Assembly: GCA_049976845.1 (NCBI GenBank)
Contig: JBMFHL010000001.1
Location: 43,435 to 107,434, forward strand
Origin: Candidatus Micrarchaeia archaeon
GTDB taxonomy: Archaea; Micrarchaeota; Micrarchaeia; Micrarchaeales; CABMGC01
Direction: 5' to 3'
Length of the DNA stretch: 64,000 nt
Part shown: piece by piece, positions 8,356 through 18,863 of the stretch
Position numbering within the stretch: the stretch's first letter is position 1
How the letters are laid out: each line of letters starts with the position of its first letter
Made by a program: the position numbers and the translations under genes
The notes under the pieces: model-generated
The model's input: only the letters and a program-made list of their open reading frames with translations
Told to the model about the DNA's origin: nothing
Databases searched by the model: none

Positions 8356-11145
8356 CTATGTTTCCTTCCAAAACCTGCGATTTTTTATATAATTTTTTTG
8401 AGCCTCTATTAGATCTATGACAAAAAAATTATACTCTGTTCTGAGCATTTTCAGAACCCTTGCAGCAGTCCTGACCCCTATCCCATAGGTTGAAAGCGCA
8501 ACCAGGGCTTTATCACCATACTCCTGTATAAGACCCGCAGAGCTTAATGCTTCAGAGTAAATCTCCTTCTCGTGCTTTTTCAGTTTTACACCTTTAGTAA
8601 CTTTATCTATGACTTCCCTGTACTCTGGTTTGAATATAGAAATCATTGTACTCCTACAATTTGGGCATGTGATGCCAGAACCCTCATTTAGTCCAGAAAT
8701 CTTTCTTGAAAAGTTGAAACCACAAAACGTGCAGAGTAGATCAACACTCTTACTCTTCATTCCTTCAACAAACTGTCTTACTTCCTCGCTTCCAGGCAAT
8801 AAAGGAAGCATCAGCTCTCTGTAATGGTATGATGATTTCAAGACCTCATTAGACATTGGGCTTAATTCTGGGAAAGAAAATAGCGCAAAATCTATAGTGC
8901 CCTCTTTTAGCCGTTTTGAAAAATCAAGGACATGTTCAAGATCATAATAATTTTTATATAGGTCTCTCAAAGTCTCATCGAAAACAGGCGTGCCTTTATA
9001 GAAGTCGATTAACCTATTTGCAATATTCTTAGTAACAGTTGCTTTCTTTTCAATAATCCCGAAAAGTTTTGCTATTTGTATGAATTTGTACCTGAATAAC
9101 TCGGAAGAGTATATAAGTGAATTACTCTTCAAAATCCCTTCAAAATTCTGTTCCTTAAGTAAGGATAGGATCCTCTTTGTATTGGGCTTATGCCGTGCAG
9201 CACTCACATCAACAACAACAGCATATGCCATTGCCCGTGTGCTTACTCCAAAGCCTACTTCTGAAGTAAATATGGCTCCGATGATCCTAGAAAGCAGTTC
9301 ATTCGCCAACTTTCCTAAAGGAAGATAAATTATAACATAATCTCCAAATTCTTCAACAGCAATTTCGTTTTCCTTAGGAATAAAGTACTTCTTTTGTTCA
9401 GCCATAAAATTATTTATCTTGTTTAAAGTTGCAGAATCTACAAAACTTTCTATTTCACTAACATCATGTCCTGAAAGTAGTTTATATGTTGAATTAGCAA
9501 CCTCATAAGAAACAGGGATGTCCTCCCCTTCCCAATCAGGTATTGCAGCTTCCAGATTGGTCGAAGGCTCTACAAATATTGTATCTTTTTCTATGCTAAT
9601 TACATGCCATGGTAAACCTTTAGTTATAAAAATGGAGCCATCATCAATATAATTAGCGACAAAGTTTTCGTTTAATGAGGATATGATATTATTTCCTGTA
9701 GCGCTTCTTACAATGAATCTTGCAACATCAGGTATTACACTTATATTTTCTATAAAATATGAAATGCTCCTTCCACTTCTAAAAACAACTCCTTTATAAA
9801 ATTTTATTAGGTGCAATTGATTTAGGAGATTAATTACCGATTTTAGAGTCTCTATTTTTAAATTTGCAAAAGGCTGAGACCGACTTATAATTTCAAATAG
9901 CTTCTCTTCTCTTATAGATTTGTACTCTAGTGCTATTGCAACGATCTGGTTTGCAAGCACGTCTAGCGGATTTTTTTCTATTCTCCTTTTTTCAAGCACC
10001 TTTTCGTAAGCAAGCTTAATTATTGCTGCAGATTCAATCGATTCGATGACGCTAGCCACAACAATATCCCCAGAAGCCTTTCCATGTACGGCATGACCAC
10101 TTCTGCCTACCCTCTGCAGCAATCTTGTAACTTGTTTTGGTGATCCATACTGTATAACTAAATCGATTCCCCCTATGTCTATCCCCAGCTCAAGGGAGCT
10201 CGTTGCGATTATGCTCCTTACCCTTCCGTTTTTAAAATCCTCTTCAACTCTTATCCTCTCCATTTTGTCTAGAGAACTGTGATGCACTGCAATTGGTCCA
10301 AAATGTTCAGTTTTGTCCAAATACAAAAGTTTACTTCCTAAACTTTCAGCAACCTGCCTGGTATTTACAAATACAATGCTCTCGTTTGCACCCTCTATTA
10401 ATTCTTTTAACCTTTCCACCCTAGCCGCAGTCTCAACATCCAGTGCAAATACCTCCCTAAATTTTGCATAATCCTTTTTCATCACACTGGGCATCTCTAA
10501 CCTCAGCTCAACTTTCTTCTCATTCTCATCAGAAATAATTTTACACAGCCTGTTCCCACATAAAAAAAGCGCAGCAGTGTTCATATCACCTATTGTAGCA
10601 CTTATCCCTACTCTTTGGAAGTTGCCTGCAAGCTCTGCGATCCTCTCTAAAGCAACAGCAAGTTGGGCTCCACGCTTGTTATAATATAATTCATGCAATT
10701 CATCAACTATTACCACCTCCAAGTTTTTCAAAGAGTCCCTTAAATTTTTGGTGAATAACAAATTTTGAATGCTTTCAGGAGTGGTTATAAGCAGTTGTGG
10801 TGGCTTCTTAGATTGGTTAACCCTGTCTTTTTTTGGGGTATCTCCATGCCTCACTCCTATGCTAATACCAAGCGTTTTGCAAAACAATTCCAACCTTTTC
10901 AGCAAATCCCTGTTTAGCGCTCTAAGTGGCGTAACATAAATAGCATTTATGCCTTTTTTATTTTCAACACTTATCCTCTTAAGTATGGGTAATATTGCAG
11001 CCTCTGTTTTTCCTGTTCCTGTAGACGCAGTTATTATGCAGTTCTCTCCCTTCTCCACTACTGGTATTGCTTTCTTTTGTATGCTTGTAAACTCTCCGAA
11101 TCTATCTAGAAAAATCCTATAAATATCTTCCGGCAAAGATACCAC
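8356..11145 (-). CDS. lhr: Lhr-family SF2 helicase with C-terminal Zn finger
   Basis: TGTGKT, DELH, SAT, HHSSL, TSSLELGIDIG, QRVGRSGH, IPD and WEGE motifs; CTFC...CPNC. Confidence 0.92.
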   Translation of the reverse strand: MVSLPEDIYRIFLDRFGEFTSIQKKAIPVVEKGENCIITASTGTGKTEAAILPILKRISVENKKGINAIYVTPLRALNRDLLKRLELFCKTLGISIGVRHGDTPKKDRVNQSKKPPQLLITTPESIQNLLFTKNLRDSLKNLEVVIVDELHELYYNKRGAQLAVALERIAELAGNFQRVGISATIGDMNTAALFLCGNRLCKIISDENEKKVELRLEMPSVMKKDYAKFREVFALDVETAARVERLKELIEGANESIVFVNTRQVAESLGSKLLYLDKTEHFGPIAVHHSSLDKMERIRVEEDFKNGRVRSIIATSSLELGIDIGGIDLVIQYGSPKQVTRLLQRVGRSGHAVHGKASGDIVVASVIESIESAAIIKLAYEKVLEKRRIEKNPLDVLANQIVAIALEYKSIREEKLFEIISRSQPFANLKIETLKSVINLLNQLHLIKFYKGVVFRSGRSISYFIENISVIPDVARFIVRSATGNNIISSLNENFVANYIDDGSIFITKGLPWHVISIEKDTIFVEPSTNLEAAIPDWEGEDIPVSYEVANSTYKLLSGHDVSEIESFVDSATLNKINNFMAEQKKYFIPKENEIAVEEFGDYVIIYLPLGKLANELLSRIIGAIFTSEVGFGVSTRAMAYAVVVDVSAARHKPNTKRILSLLKEQNFEGILKSNSLIYSSELFRYKFIQIAKLFGIIEKKATVTKNIANRLIDFYKGTPVFDETLRDLYKNYYDLEHVLDFSKRLKEGTIDFALFSFPELSPMSNEVLKSSYHYRELMLPLLPGSEEVRQFVEGMKSKSVDLLCTFCGFNFSRKISGLNEGSGITCPNCRSTMISIFKPEYREVIDKVTKGVKLKKHEKEIYSEALSSAGLIQEYGDKALVALSTYGIGVRTAARVLKMLRTEYNFFVIDLIEAQKNYIKNRRFWKET

Positions 11146-12789
11146 TCAGCTAAAGAAATTAACAGTAGCATTGCCTTTCGACAATGCCGTAACATTATTT
11201 GAGGTATAGTTTAGGATGATCTTCAAATTCAAATTGAATGGTAAACCAGAAATTATCTGGTTCATGCTGTAGCATTTGGCAGTAAGCAATGTATTGCTGC
11301 CCAAATTTACAAGGCTATCAATTTTTGTTGGCATGCCCGTACCATCTTCAGAGCACAAAACATTGTTTATTTTTACTGGGTAAAGTTTCTCATTCCCTAA
11401 TCGGAATGTGATACTTCCACTAGCAAATGTTACGTTTGCGCATCCAAATCCTGCTATACTGCATTTGCTTGCAAATCCAGATTCAAAAGCAACAGACTTT
11501 CCAGAGAAATTGAGGAGCTTCAGCAGGTTTACATTTAATGGAACAGCTTCCAATACTAGCGATTCATTGGTAAGGGCAAAGACGCTTAAATTATAAGGTG
11601 GTAAATACTCACTTGTCCTAACAAGGCCTACTGGCATAATCTTTCCATAGGTCTGGAACAGGTATGTGCTGCAATAGCTCTGGTTGTTTACACTGCTTAT
11701 TATGCCATAGCACTTATTATCTCCAATATTCTCATTTATGCTTGGTGCAACAAATTCATTCCCATATTCAAATATCTTTTCTGCCGAAAAACTTGCCGTT
11801 GGGAAGTAGTACGAGTCATAGCTCGCAAGAAGAGTAGAATTAGCCAAATCAAAATCTTCGAATTTAGAGGATTCTGTTGTAATTGGCATATAATTGCTGT
11901 TATTTGCTCCAATTAAGCCAATGCAGGAAGAAGGGCCCTTGTAGGCAACGCTCTTTATCCATCCATCTGAGTACCAGCTGCAAAGGCTCACATTTTTTGC
12001 CAATTCTGCTACAGTCACATTAGTACCATTTGCTTCATATGTGCTAATGCTTGCATTTGTGCCGTTCAGTGCTATCTTTACAAGGTCTGGATTTAGGTAC
12101 CCTCTTATCCACACTGAATATATCGAGCTGCCATTAGTATAATTAGCATAAGCAACATTAATTTGCCTTATGTATGGGCTTATCATTGTTATAAGCGAAG
12201 AGAAGAAAGTATATGGCAAGTTAATGTCTGTATAATCGAAAATCGGCAAAGAGTAATTCATGTTCAGGTAAAGCGCAACCAAACTTCCTTGCTGGCTCAT
12301 GTTAATCTCAGTGAGGTATGTCAAGTTTCTTCCAGTTATTGGAGAATATGCCTCAGCAGGCTGCGGCGCATTCACATAAACATATTTGGTTGCCTGTGCA
12401 TTGCTTCTATCTACAATGTTGTAGAATTTTGCTGGGTCTGCTATTGCCATAACAGAATAGTTTCCAGGCTCAGTAGGGGTGAAATTAAAATATATAATTG
12501 CTTCTTTGCCTGCAGGCACAGTAATCCGGTAGTTTGTACTTGAATTGTAAGTTAAATTTTCGCTGTTCTTTACCAAAACTTCAAATCCTATTTCATCTAC
12601 ATTGCTGCTGCCAGTATTGTTTATTATTATCGGCAAATCTACCTGCCTTAGCGGGAAGAGGTTCTGCAGATTCGAAGTGCCAAAGCTAACATGCAAGTCT
12701 ATGCCTGGCTGGTAATAATACCTAAAATAAAGTGCTATTAAAACAATGAAAATGAAAAATACTACCAAAGCATAATCTATCTTTTCCAT
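11146..12789 (-). CDS. Membrane-anchored cell-surface glycoprotein with a CARDB/Ig-like N-terminal domain
   Basis: N-terminal TM helix; IINNTGS...FNFTPTEPGNYSVMAIADP pattern; about 25 N-X-S/T sequons; paired cysteines. Confidence 0.7.
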   Translation of the reverse strand: MEKIDYALVVFFIFIVLIALYFRYYYQPGIDLHVSFGTSNLQNLFPLRQVDLPIIINNTGSSNVDEIGFEVLVKNSENLTYNSSTNYRITVPAGKEAIIYFNFTPTEPGNYSVMAIADPAKFYNIVDRSNAQATKYVYVNAPQPAEAYSPITGRNLTYLTEINMSQQGSLVALYLNMNYSLPIFDYTDINLPYTFFSSLITMISPYIRQINVAYANYTNGSSIYSVWIRGYLNPDLVKIALNGTNASISTYEANGTNVTVAELAKNVSLCSWYSDGWIKSVAYKGPSSCIGLIGANNSNYMPITTESSKFEDFDLANSTLLASYDSYYFPTASFSAEKIFEYGNEFVAPSINENIGDNKCYGIISSVNNQSYCSTYLFQTYGKIMPVGLVRTSEYLPPYNLSVFALTNESLVLEAVPLNVNLLKLLNFSGKSVAFESGFASKCSIAGFGCANVTFASGSITFRLGNEKLYPVKINNVLCSEDGTGMPTKIDSLVNLGSNTLLTAKCYSMNQIISGLPFNLNLKIILNYTSNNVTALSKGNATVNFFS

Positions 12790-12793
12790 CAAA

Positions 12794-13255
12794 TCACGCA
12801 GACCTATTCTTTAATTCGTTTATGATCTCCTTTATTTTATTTCTTACCTCTTTATATTCATCTTCGAATAAATTGTCAGCCCAAGAGGCTATGTCATATT
12901 TATCTCCTATGCTTGGTGCCTTGAAATAAAATTTCCCCTGGCTATTATCCAAAAAGCCCATGTTCTTCATCCTTAACAAATGGTACCTTAAGGTTTTTTC
13001 ATTCATCTGCTGCCAGTTTGAATTTATATACGAAATAATTTCACCCACATTCGGATCTGTTTTTTTTACGAATTGATAGTAAACCAATGCATCTAACACT
13101 GCCACAGCACTCAATCTGGATTCCCCAGGGTTTATTATTCCAAGCGACAGCGCAAGCCACCTTACCATAGAGCGTCTTGTTTCAACTACCTCTTTAGTGA
13201 GCCTAAGATTTCGTATAGTTATCTCCCGTTCTATTAGCTCCGCTTCGTTCAGCAT
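12794..13255 (-). CDS. Winged helix-turn-helix protein
   Basis: NEKTLRYHLLRMKNMGFLDNSQGKFYF resembles a wHTH recognition helix and wing. Confidence 0.65.
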   Translation of the reverse strand: MLNEAELIEREITIRNLRLTKEVVETRRSMVRWLALSLGIINPGESRLSAVAVLDALVYYQFVKKTDPNVGEIISYINSNWQQMNEKTLRYHLLRMKNMGFLDNSQGKFYFKAPSIGDKYDIASWADNLFEDEYKEVRNKIKEIINELKNRSA

Positions 13256-13611
13256 TAAAAACCCTCATTATAAATTAGAGTGTAATTATTAATATATATG
13301 TAAAGCAAGCAAACAAATAATAATCTATCAAAAATGCCCTTAGTAATGCATGCATATATAGGCATTCCTGGGCACGTACTTTGAAAAACCTTCAAGTAGC
13401 ATATATCATAGAGCGCAGGGCAGATTAAATTGGAACGACTATAAATACTCCAGCAGCGAACTCAAAGATGTGCTGCTTAATATATAGCAGAAAAAACCCA
13501 AAGAATTCCACGTTTCCTTTAATAATAATTACAATACGCTCGAAAATGATCGCAGTATGCTTAAGTATGCAAAGAATAAAGATTATTAAAGTATAGTTCA
13601 AAAGTAATTTT

Positions 13612-13980
13612 ATGCCAGATTTTAAAGTATCAATAACCAGCACACCAGAAACTATGAAATCTTTTAGAAGAAATGAGTTAGAGCTAATGCTTTCAGTGAC
13701 TTCAGAAGAAAACCAGCCCCCTTTTAATTATTGGGTCGAAGCAATAGTGACAGTTCCCCATCTTACTTCGTTAGCTCCAGATAGACCACTGGAGAACGGC
13801 AAGCTCCTGTTGGGAATAATATCAAACGGATCTGCAAAAGAGAAAAGATTCAAGCTATTTGCAAACAACAACATATATCCAGATACCTATAAGATTATGC
13901 TTACAATTTTATTCTACGACTCAGAAGGTGCAGTAGCAGAAAGGCAGGATGTAACAAAAGAGATAGTGTGCAGTGACTAA
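13612..13980 (+). CDS. Hypothetical protein (beta-sandwich-like)
   Basis: 122-aa ATG ORF that abuts the next gene; alternating hydrophobic pattern. Confidence 0.65.
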   Translation: MPDFKVSITSTPETMKSFRRNELELMLSVTSEENQPPFNYWVEAIVTVPHLTSLAPDRPLENGKLLLGIISNGSAKEKRFKLFANNNIYPDTYKIMLTILFYDSEGAVAERQDVTKEIVCSD

Positions 13981-14214
13981 ATGCCCAAATACTTCAAAGT
14001 CTACGATTCAAATGAAGTCCTCTTCATAACTATAGATGACAGTGGTGCAGTAATAATAAAAGACAAGGCTGGAAAGAAAATATTCCTCTCTAGATACCAG
14101 GCAAAACTAATGAGATTTAGCATAGATAACCTCTTCGGAGACAAATTCAAGAAATCTTCAGATTCTAACATACACATTGAGGAAATAAGCGAAGAAGATA
14201 GCAATAAAAAGTGA
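13981..14214 (+). CDS. Small hypothetical protein
   Basis: 77-aa ORF starting directly after the upstream stop; acidic tail. Confidence 0.6.
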   Translation: MPKYFKVYDSNEVLFITIDDSGAVIIKDKAGKKIFLSRYQAKLMRFSIDNLFGDKFKKSSDSNIHIEEISEEDSNKK

Positions 14215-14239
14215 AATTGCTATATTAATACTGATTTAT

Positions 14240-14608
14240 ATGGAAAATACTCCAAATCAACAGCAAAATGGTGAAATGCAAGGGCAAGAAATAGAGAAGA
14301 TCATCAAAGAATATCAGCTCCTCCAAGAACAGCTGAGGGCATTCTCCCTGCAACTAGAGCAGCTGCAGCTACAAAAGAGCGAGTCTACAACAGCCCAAGC
14401 AGAGATAGAGAAAGCAACAGGCAAAATATACATAACAATTGGCGGAGTCATAGTAGAAACAGACAAATCAACAGCATTGAAGAATCTAAAAGAGAAAATG
14501 GAAACTACAGACCTAAGGTTGCAGACTACAAGCAAACAGTTTAATGAGCTCAAAGCAAGGGAAAAATCACTAAGAGAAAAGCTGTCAAAAATGCAGCTAC
14601 AGCAATGA
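14240..14608 (+). CDS. pfdB: Prefoldin beta subunit
   Basis: Two coiled-coil arms around a KIYITIGGVIVETDK beta-hairpin; adjacent to a DHH gene, as in other archaea. Confidence 0.9.
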   Translation: MENTPNQQQNGEMQGQEIEKIIKEYQLLQEQLRAFSLQLEQLQLQKSESTTAQAEIEKATGKIYITIGGVIVETDKSTALKNLKEKMETTDLRLQTTSKQFNELKAREKSLREKLSKMQLQQ

Positions 14609-15603
14609 GTGATTCATTGACTGGGTTGAATTTTAATGATCTGCAAGAATTCATAAAGGCAAACAGCCAGAGGAAATTTTTGCTAACATTTCATTCAATA
14701 GGGGATAGAGACGGAGTAGGCTCAGCAATCTCACTTTCAATGTATCTTAAAAATTCAATAGTGGGCACTCCAGATTTCATAACAAACAATGCAAGAAGGA
14801 TGCTCGATCAAGTTGGCTATCAAAATAAGATAAATCCTGCATCTACAAAAGGTATAGATATAGTAATAGTGCTCGATGCAAATAACTTGGAGGCGCTTGG
14901 CAATTTTAAGGAAGAGGTGCAGTCATTCAAAGGCAAAGTAGTGTTTGTTGATCACCATTTGCTTCCTCCAGTGCAAAATAAAAAGCATCTTATGTTCTCC
15001 GATGAGTCCTATAATTCAACAGCGAGCATAATATATGATCTGCTTAAATCCCTAGGTGCAGGTGTAAATAAAAAAGCAGCAATCCTTCTACTAAATGGAA
15101 TAATATCAGATTCTGCAGATTTTAGGAATGCAACAGCGTATACCTTCAAACAGGTCAGTGAACTGCTTGATATAGCAAACATGTCATATTCAGACATATT
15201 AGAATATTTTCATGAGAGCATACCTCTTAACAGCAGATACAGCTTAATAAATGATTTATACTCTTCAAAAGTGGAAATAGTTGGGAAATATCTCTTAATC
15301 TATGGAAAAGCGTCAATGCATGCAAACGTTGCGGCAGACATAGCAATGAAGCTTGGCGCAGATGCCTCATTGTTTTGGTCCGAATCAGAAAAAGAGGTAT
15401 CAATATCATCTAGGCTAAGGCCCCCTCTCGACAAGAAGCTGCCAATGCATTTAGGTAGGGTTATGCAAGGGGTGTCTAAAATTCTTGGAGGAAATGGCGG
15501 AGGGCATCCTTGTGCAGCAGGTGCATATGGGCCGAAAAAAGAAATGATAGGAAAGGCGGTTGAAGAAGCTCTGATTTCAATAAAAAAGCAGCTTTCTGCC
15601 TAA
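14605..15603 (+). CDS. DHH/DHHA1 phosphoesterase (nanoRNase-like)
   Basis: HSIGDRDG, VLD, VDHH, GIISDS, GGGHPCAAG. Confidence 0.9.
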   Translation: MSDSLTGLNFNDLQEFIKANSQRKFLLTFHSIGDRDGVGSAISLSMYLKNSIVGTPDFITNNARRMLDQVGYQNKINPASTKGIDIVIVLDANNLEALGNFKEEVQSFKGKVVFVDHHLLPPVQNKKHLMFSDESYNSTASIIYDLLKSLGAGVNKKAAILLLNGIISDSADFRNATAYTFKQVSELLDIANMSYSDILEYFHESIPLNSRYSLINDLYSSKVEIVGKYLLIYGKASMHANVAADIAMKLGADASLFWSESEKEVSISSRLRPPLDKKLPMHLGRVMQGVSKILGGNGGGHPCAAGAYGPKKEMIGKAVEEALISIKKQLSA

Positions 15604-15635
15604 AATTTTTATATTATGGTATGCAATAAATAATC

Positions 15636-16841
15636 ATGAAGATTGCAATAGTCTCCGACTTCCATCTTGGATACGAAAAATTTTTTGAAGATGCATACAA
15701 CCAAGCATATGAAGCCCTTAAAGAAGCGCGCCAAGAAGCAGACATGATAATAGTACCAGGAGACATATTCGATAACAGATCACCCAAGCCCGAAGTTCTT
15801 GCACAAGGCATAAACATATTCAGAAGTATAGGCAATTGGAAATGGGAAGCAAAGATAACCTCTTACATTGGAGAAAGGAAAATATACACTACAATACCAA
15901 TAATAGCCATACCTGGGACACATGAGCGAAGGTCCGAAAAATCTGAGAATGCGGTGGAACTCCTAAGCCTTGCAGGCCTGCTTGCAAATGTTAGTGAGGC
16001 ATGCGCCATAGTTGAAAAAAACGGAGAGAAAGTGGCAGTCTATGGAATAGGCGGCATTTCAGAAGAGAGATTTGGAGAAACTCTGAAGAAGCTTGATCCA
16101 AAGCCTGTAGAAGGAGCATTCAATATATTTGTATTTCACCAGTCCGTATACGAGCTTATGCCTTTTAGCAAGGATTTTATCAAATTCGAAGAATTACCAA
16201 AAGGCTTCGACCTGTATATAGACGGGCATATACATAACAAGGTAGAGGGTAAGGTGCACGGCAAGCCTTTTCTAATCCCTGGTAGCACTGTGCTCACCCA
16301 GCTAAAAGAGAGCGAGCTTGAAAAAAAAGGTTTTTTTGTCTTTGACACAGAAAAACTAAGCTATTCCTTCCATGAAATAAATTCGCGTGGCTTCCACTTG
16401 ATAAAAGTAGACGTAACGGGCAGAACTCCAAACGAAATAATAGAAGAAGCAGACAAAAAAATAAACAATACGTTAGAGCAGTACAAAGAAAGCGTGCCTA
16501 TAATAAGGGTCGTACTTTCTGGAAATGCACCTGAGAGTTTCAGGCAGAACGACTTTGATATACGCGCCTTAATAAAAAAATATGAGAATAAAGTGCTATT
16601 GGACATAAGCAAGGACATAGATGATAGTGGCGTTAAATTGGAGATCGATGGGCTCAGGAGCGGATCTATAGAAAATCTCTCTATAAAGGACTATGGCTTA
16701 AGCATATTCTTGGAGAAACTTGCCTCGAAAGGATATAATCTAAGAGTAAAATCTTCTGAGCTCTTCGACATTCTGAGTTCTGAAAAAAATAAAGAAAAAG
16801 TTATTGACAAGGCGATGGAAGAGCTGTTTAGCAAAAAATAG
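15636..16841 (+). CDS. mre11: DNA double-strand break repair nuclease Mre11
   Basis: SDFHLG, GDIFD, GTHE, FHQ, GHIH and PGS metallophosphoesterase motifs plus a capping domain. Confidence 0.85.
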   Translation: MKIAIVSDFHLGYEKFFEDAYNQAYEALKEARQEADMIIVPGDIFDNRSPKPEVLAQGINIFRSIGNWKWEAKITSYIGERKIYTTIPIIAIPGTHERRSEKSENAVELLSLAGLLANVSEACAIVEKNGEKVAVYGIGGISEERFGETLKKLDPKPVEGAFNIFVFHQSVYELMPFSKDFIKFEELPKGFDLYIDGHIHNKVEGKVHGKPFLIPGSTVLTQLKESELEKKGFFVFDTEKLSYSFHEINSRGFHLIKVDVTGRTPNEIIEEADKKINNTLEQYKESVPIIRVVLSGNAPESFRQNDFDIRALIKKYENKVLLDISKDIDDSGVKLEIDGLRSGSIENLSIKDYGLSIFLEKLASKGYNLRVKSSELFDILSSEKNKEKVIDKAMEELFSKK

Positions 16842-16843
16842 GG

Positions 16844-18229
16844 CTATAAGTCTCTGTCTATATACTCCTTATACTTCAAAAGCTTGGTTAGAGAGGATGT
16901 TGCTGCCATAGGCGAATCATATACAGGTAGTCCAGAGCTTTCCATCATAGTCTTGTGCGTTTGCGTATAATCAGAACCCGCAGTAATGACTACCATTGGT
17001 TTTGAAATCTTCTTCTTGTAGTATATGAGCTTTGAAGCAACAGTCGAATCAGCGCCTGGCGTCTGGAATAATGCAATTACAATAAGCATATCTACATTAG
17101 GGTCATTTGTAACCAAGGACAACGCATTATCATATCTAACCTCATCAGCATCTCCAGCCAGGTCTAGCGGATTTCTTATGTTTACAAGGCTCGGCAAAAC
17201 CTTCCTCAAGGCCACTTTAGTGTTCTCGCTGAAATCTGCAAGTTCAAGTCCTTCTAAGTAAACAGAGTCTGCAGTAAGCACACCAGTACCACCGCCGTTT
17301 GTTATTATTGCAACTCTCTTTCCTAGCGGTAGGGGCTCTGTAGAGAAAGCCTTTGCAAAATAAAGGAGTTCGCTCAGATCCTTAGCAATTATAAACCCAA
17401 ATTGTCTGAACACTGCTTCATATGCCTGGCTGTTTCCAGCAAGCGAAGCTGTATGCGAATGTGCCGCAGCAGCACCAGCATCAGTCATCCCTCCTTTTAT
17501 TATAATGACTGGTTTTACCTTAGTGATTTTTTTTGCAATCTCTATAAACTCCTTTCCCCTCTTCACGCCTTCTATGTACATGACTATTACACGGGTCTCC
17601 TTATCGTGCAACAAGTATTCTAATATGTCTACTTCATCTACATAAGCCGCATTCCCATATGAAATGAATTTTGCCAGACCAAAGCCCTCCTTTGCAATCA
17701 AATCAAGTACTGTGCTACCGACAGCGCCGCTCTGTGATACGAAGCTAACATTACCGCTTTTAGGTCTGCTTAGCTTATAAGTAGGCAAGAACAGCGTATC
17801 TACCCTAGATGAAGGGTCCATGATACCTAAGCAGTTTGGCCCAAGCATAGCAATATTGTACTTTTTTGCTATTTCGACAATCTTATCTTGAAGTGCAACC
17901 TCTCCTATCTCTGCAAATCCCCCACTTACCACGACAGCAGTTTTGACGCCAGCTTTCCCACACTCCTCGAGTGCATCTGGTACTGCTGGCGCCGGAATTG
18001 AAATAACTGCAAGGTCTATGCTCTTTTTCACTTCTAAAACGCTTTTATAAACCTTCAAGCCAACAATAGTCTCTGAACCGGCGTTTCTATTTATTGGATA
18101 TAGTGCACCAGAATAGCCCGCATCTATATAATTCTGAAGTATTATGTGTCCCACCTTATCAGGGTCTCTCGATGCTCCTATAATTGCAACACTCTTTGGG
18201 TTCATCATAGGCTTAAGGTCCATTCTCAT
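16844..18229 (-). CDS. acdA: Acetate-CoA ligase (ADP-forming) alpha subunit
   Basis: PKSVAIIGAS, GPNCLG, SQSGA, SHTASLAG (phospho-His), NPLDL. Confidence 0.93.
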   Translation of the reverse strand: MRMDLKPMMNPKSVAIIGASRDPDKVGHIILQNYIDAGYSGALYPINRNAGSETIVGLKVYKSVLEVKKSIDLAVISIPAPAVPDALEECGKAGVKTAVVVSGGFAEIGEVALQDKIVEIAKKYNIAMLGPNCLGIMDPSSRVDTLFLPTYKLSRPKSGNVSFVSQSGAVGSTVLDLIAKEGFGLAKFISYGNAAYVDEVDILEYLLHDKETRVIVMYIEGVKRGKEFIEIAKKITKVKPVIIIKGGMTDAGAAAAHSHTASLAGNSQAYEAVFRQFGFIIAKDLSELLYFAKAFSTEPLPLGKRVAIITNGGGTGVLTADSVYLEGLELADFSENTKVALRKVLPSLVNIRNPLDLAGDADEVRYDNALSLVTNDPNVDMLIVIALFQTPGADSTVASKLIYYKKKISKPMVVITAGSDYTQTHKTMMESSGLPVYDSPMAATSSLTKLLKYKEYIDRDL

Positions 18230-18237
18230 GCAAACAC

Positions 18238-18855
18238 TTATTTTATTATTCTAATGTCGACAACATCATATCCGTCTTCTCTAACAATCACCGGATTCAA
18301 ATCCAGTTCGCTAATACTATTCTCTTCAATCATCCTTGAAACCTTCATGAGCATGCTTGTAAGCTCATTTTCGGCTTTGCCATTATAAGTAACTATATCC
18401 TTAGATTTAAGTTGCCTTATCATCTCAACAGCATCATACCTCGTGATTGGACAAACTCTAACAGCAAAATCCCTGAAAGATTCTACAAATATACCTCCAA
18501 GCCCTATAAGAAGCAGTTTTCCAAACTGCTGGTCCTCCCTTCCTCCTATTATTACCTCTATGCCAGATCCTGCCATCTTCTGTGCAAGAATCTTATACGG
18601 CGCATATGCATGCGCCCTCTTTGACAGCTCGCCAAAAGCCTTGCGTATACTCTCGCTGCCAGAAATATTCAACATAACAAGTCCTGCCTTCGACTTGTGC
18701 AATGCCTTTTCAGATATTGCCTTCAGGGCTATTGCACCTCCAACTTTGCTTGAAAATTCAATAGCCGATTCAGTATCTTTCACATATGCGCTCTCAATGC
18801 TACTAATCCCATATCTGTCTAGTAGCTTTTTTGCATTCATATACTCCAAGAGCAT
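18238..18855 (-). CDS. acdB: Acetate-CoA ligase (ADP-forming) beta subunit (ATP-grasp)
   Basis: LHKSKAG, EVIIGG...FG...GLGGIFVE, ELDLNPV. Confidence 0.9.
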   Translation of the reverse strand: MLLEYMNAKKLLDRYGISSIESAYVKDTESAIEFSSKVGGAIALKAISEKALHKSKAGLVMLNISGSESIRKAFGELSKRAHAYAPYKILAQKMAGSGIEVIIGGREDQQFGKLLLIGLGGIFVESFRDFAVRVCPITRYDAVEMIRQLKSKDIVTYNGKAENELTSMLMKVSRMIEENSISELDLNPVIVREDGYDVVDIRIIK

Positions 18856-18863
18856 GAAAATCC

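Noticed and set aside
13256..13611. Possible ncRNA or small ORF in a 355-nt intergenic gap
   Set aside because: Only short imperfect stems and no recognisable RNA family; compatible with divergent promoters
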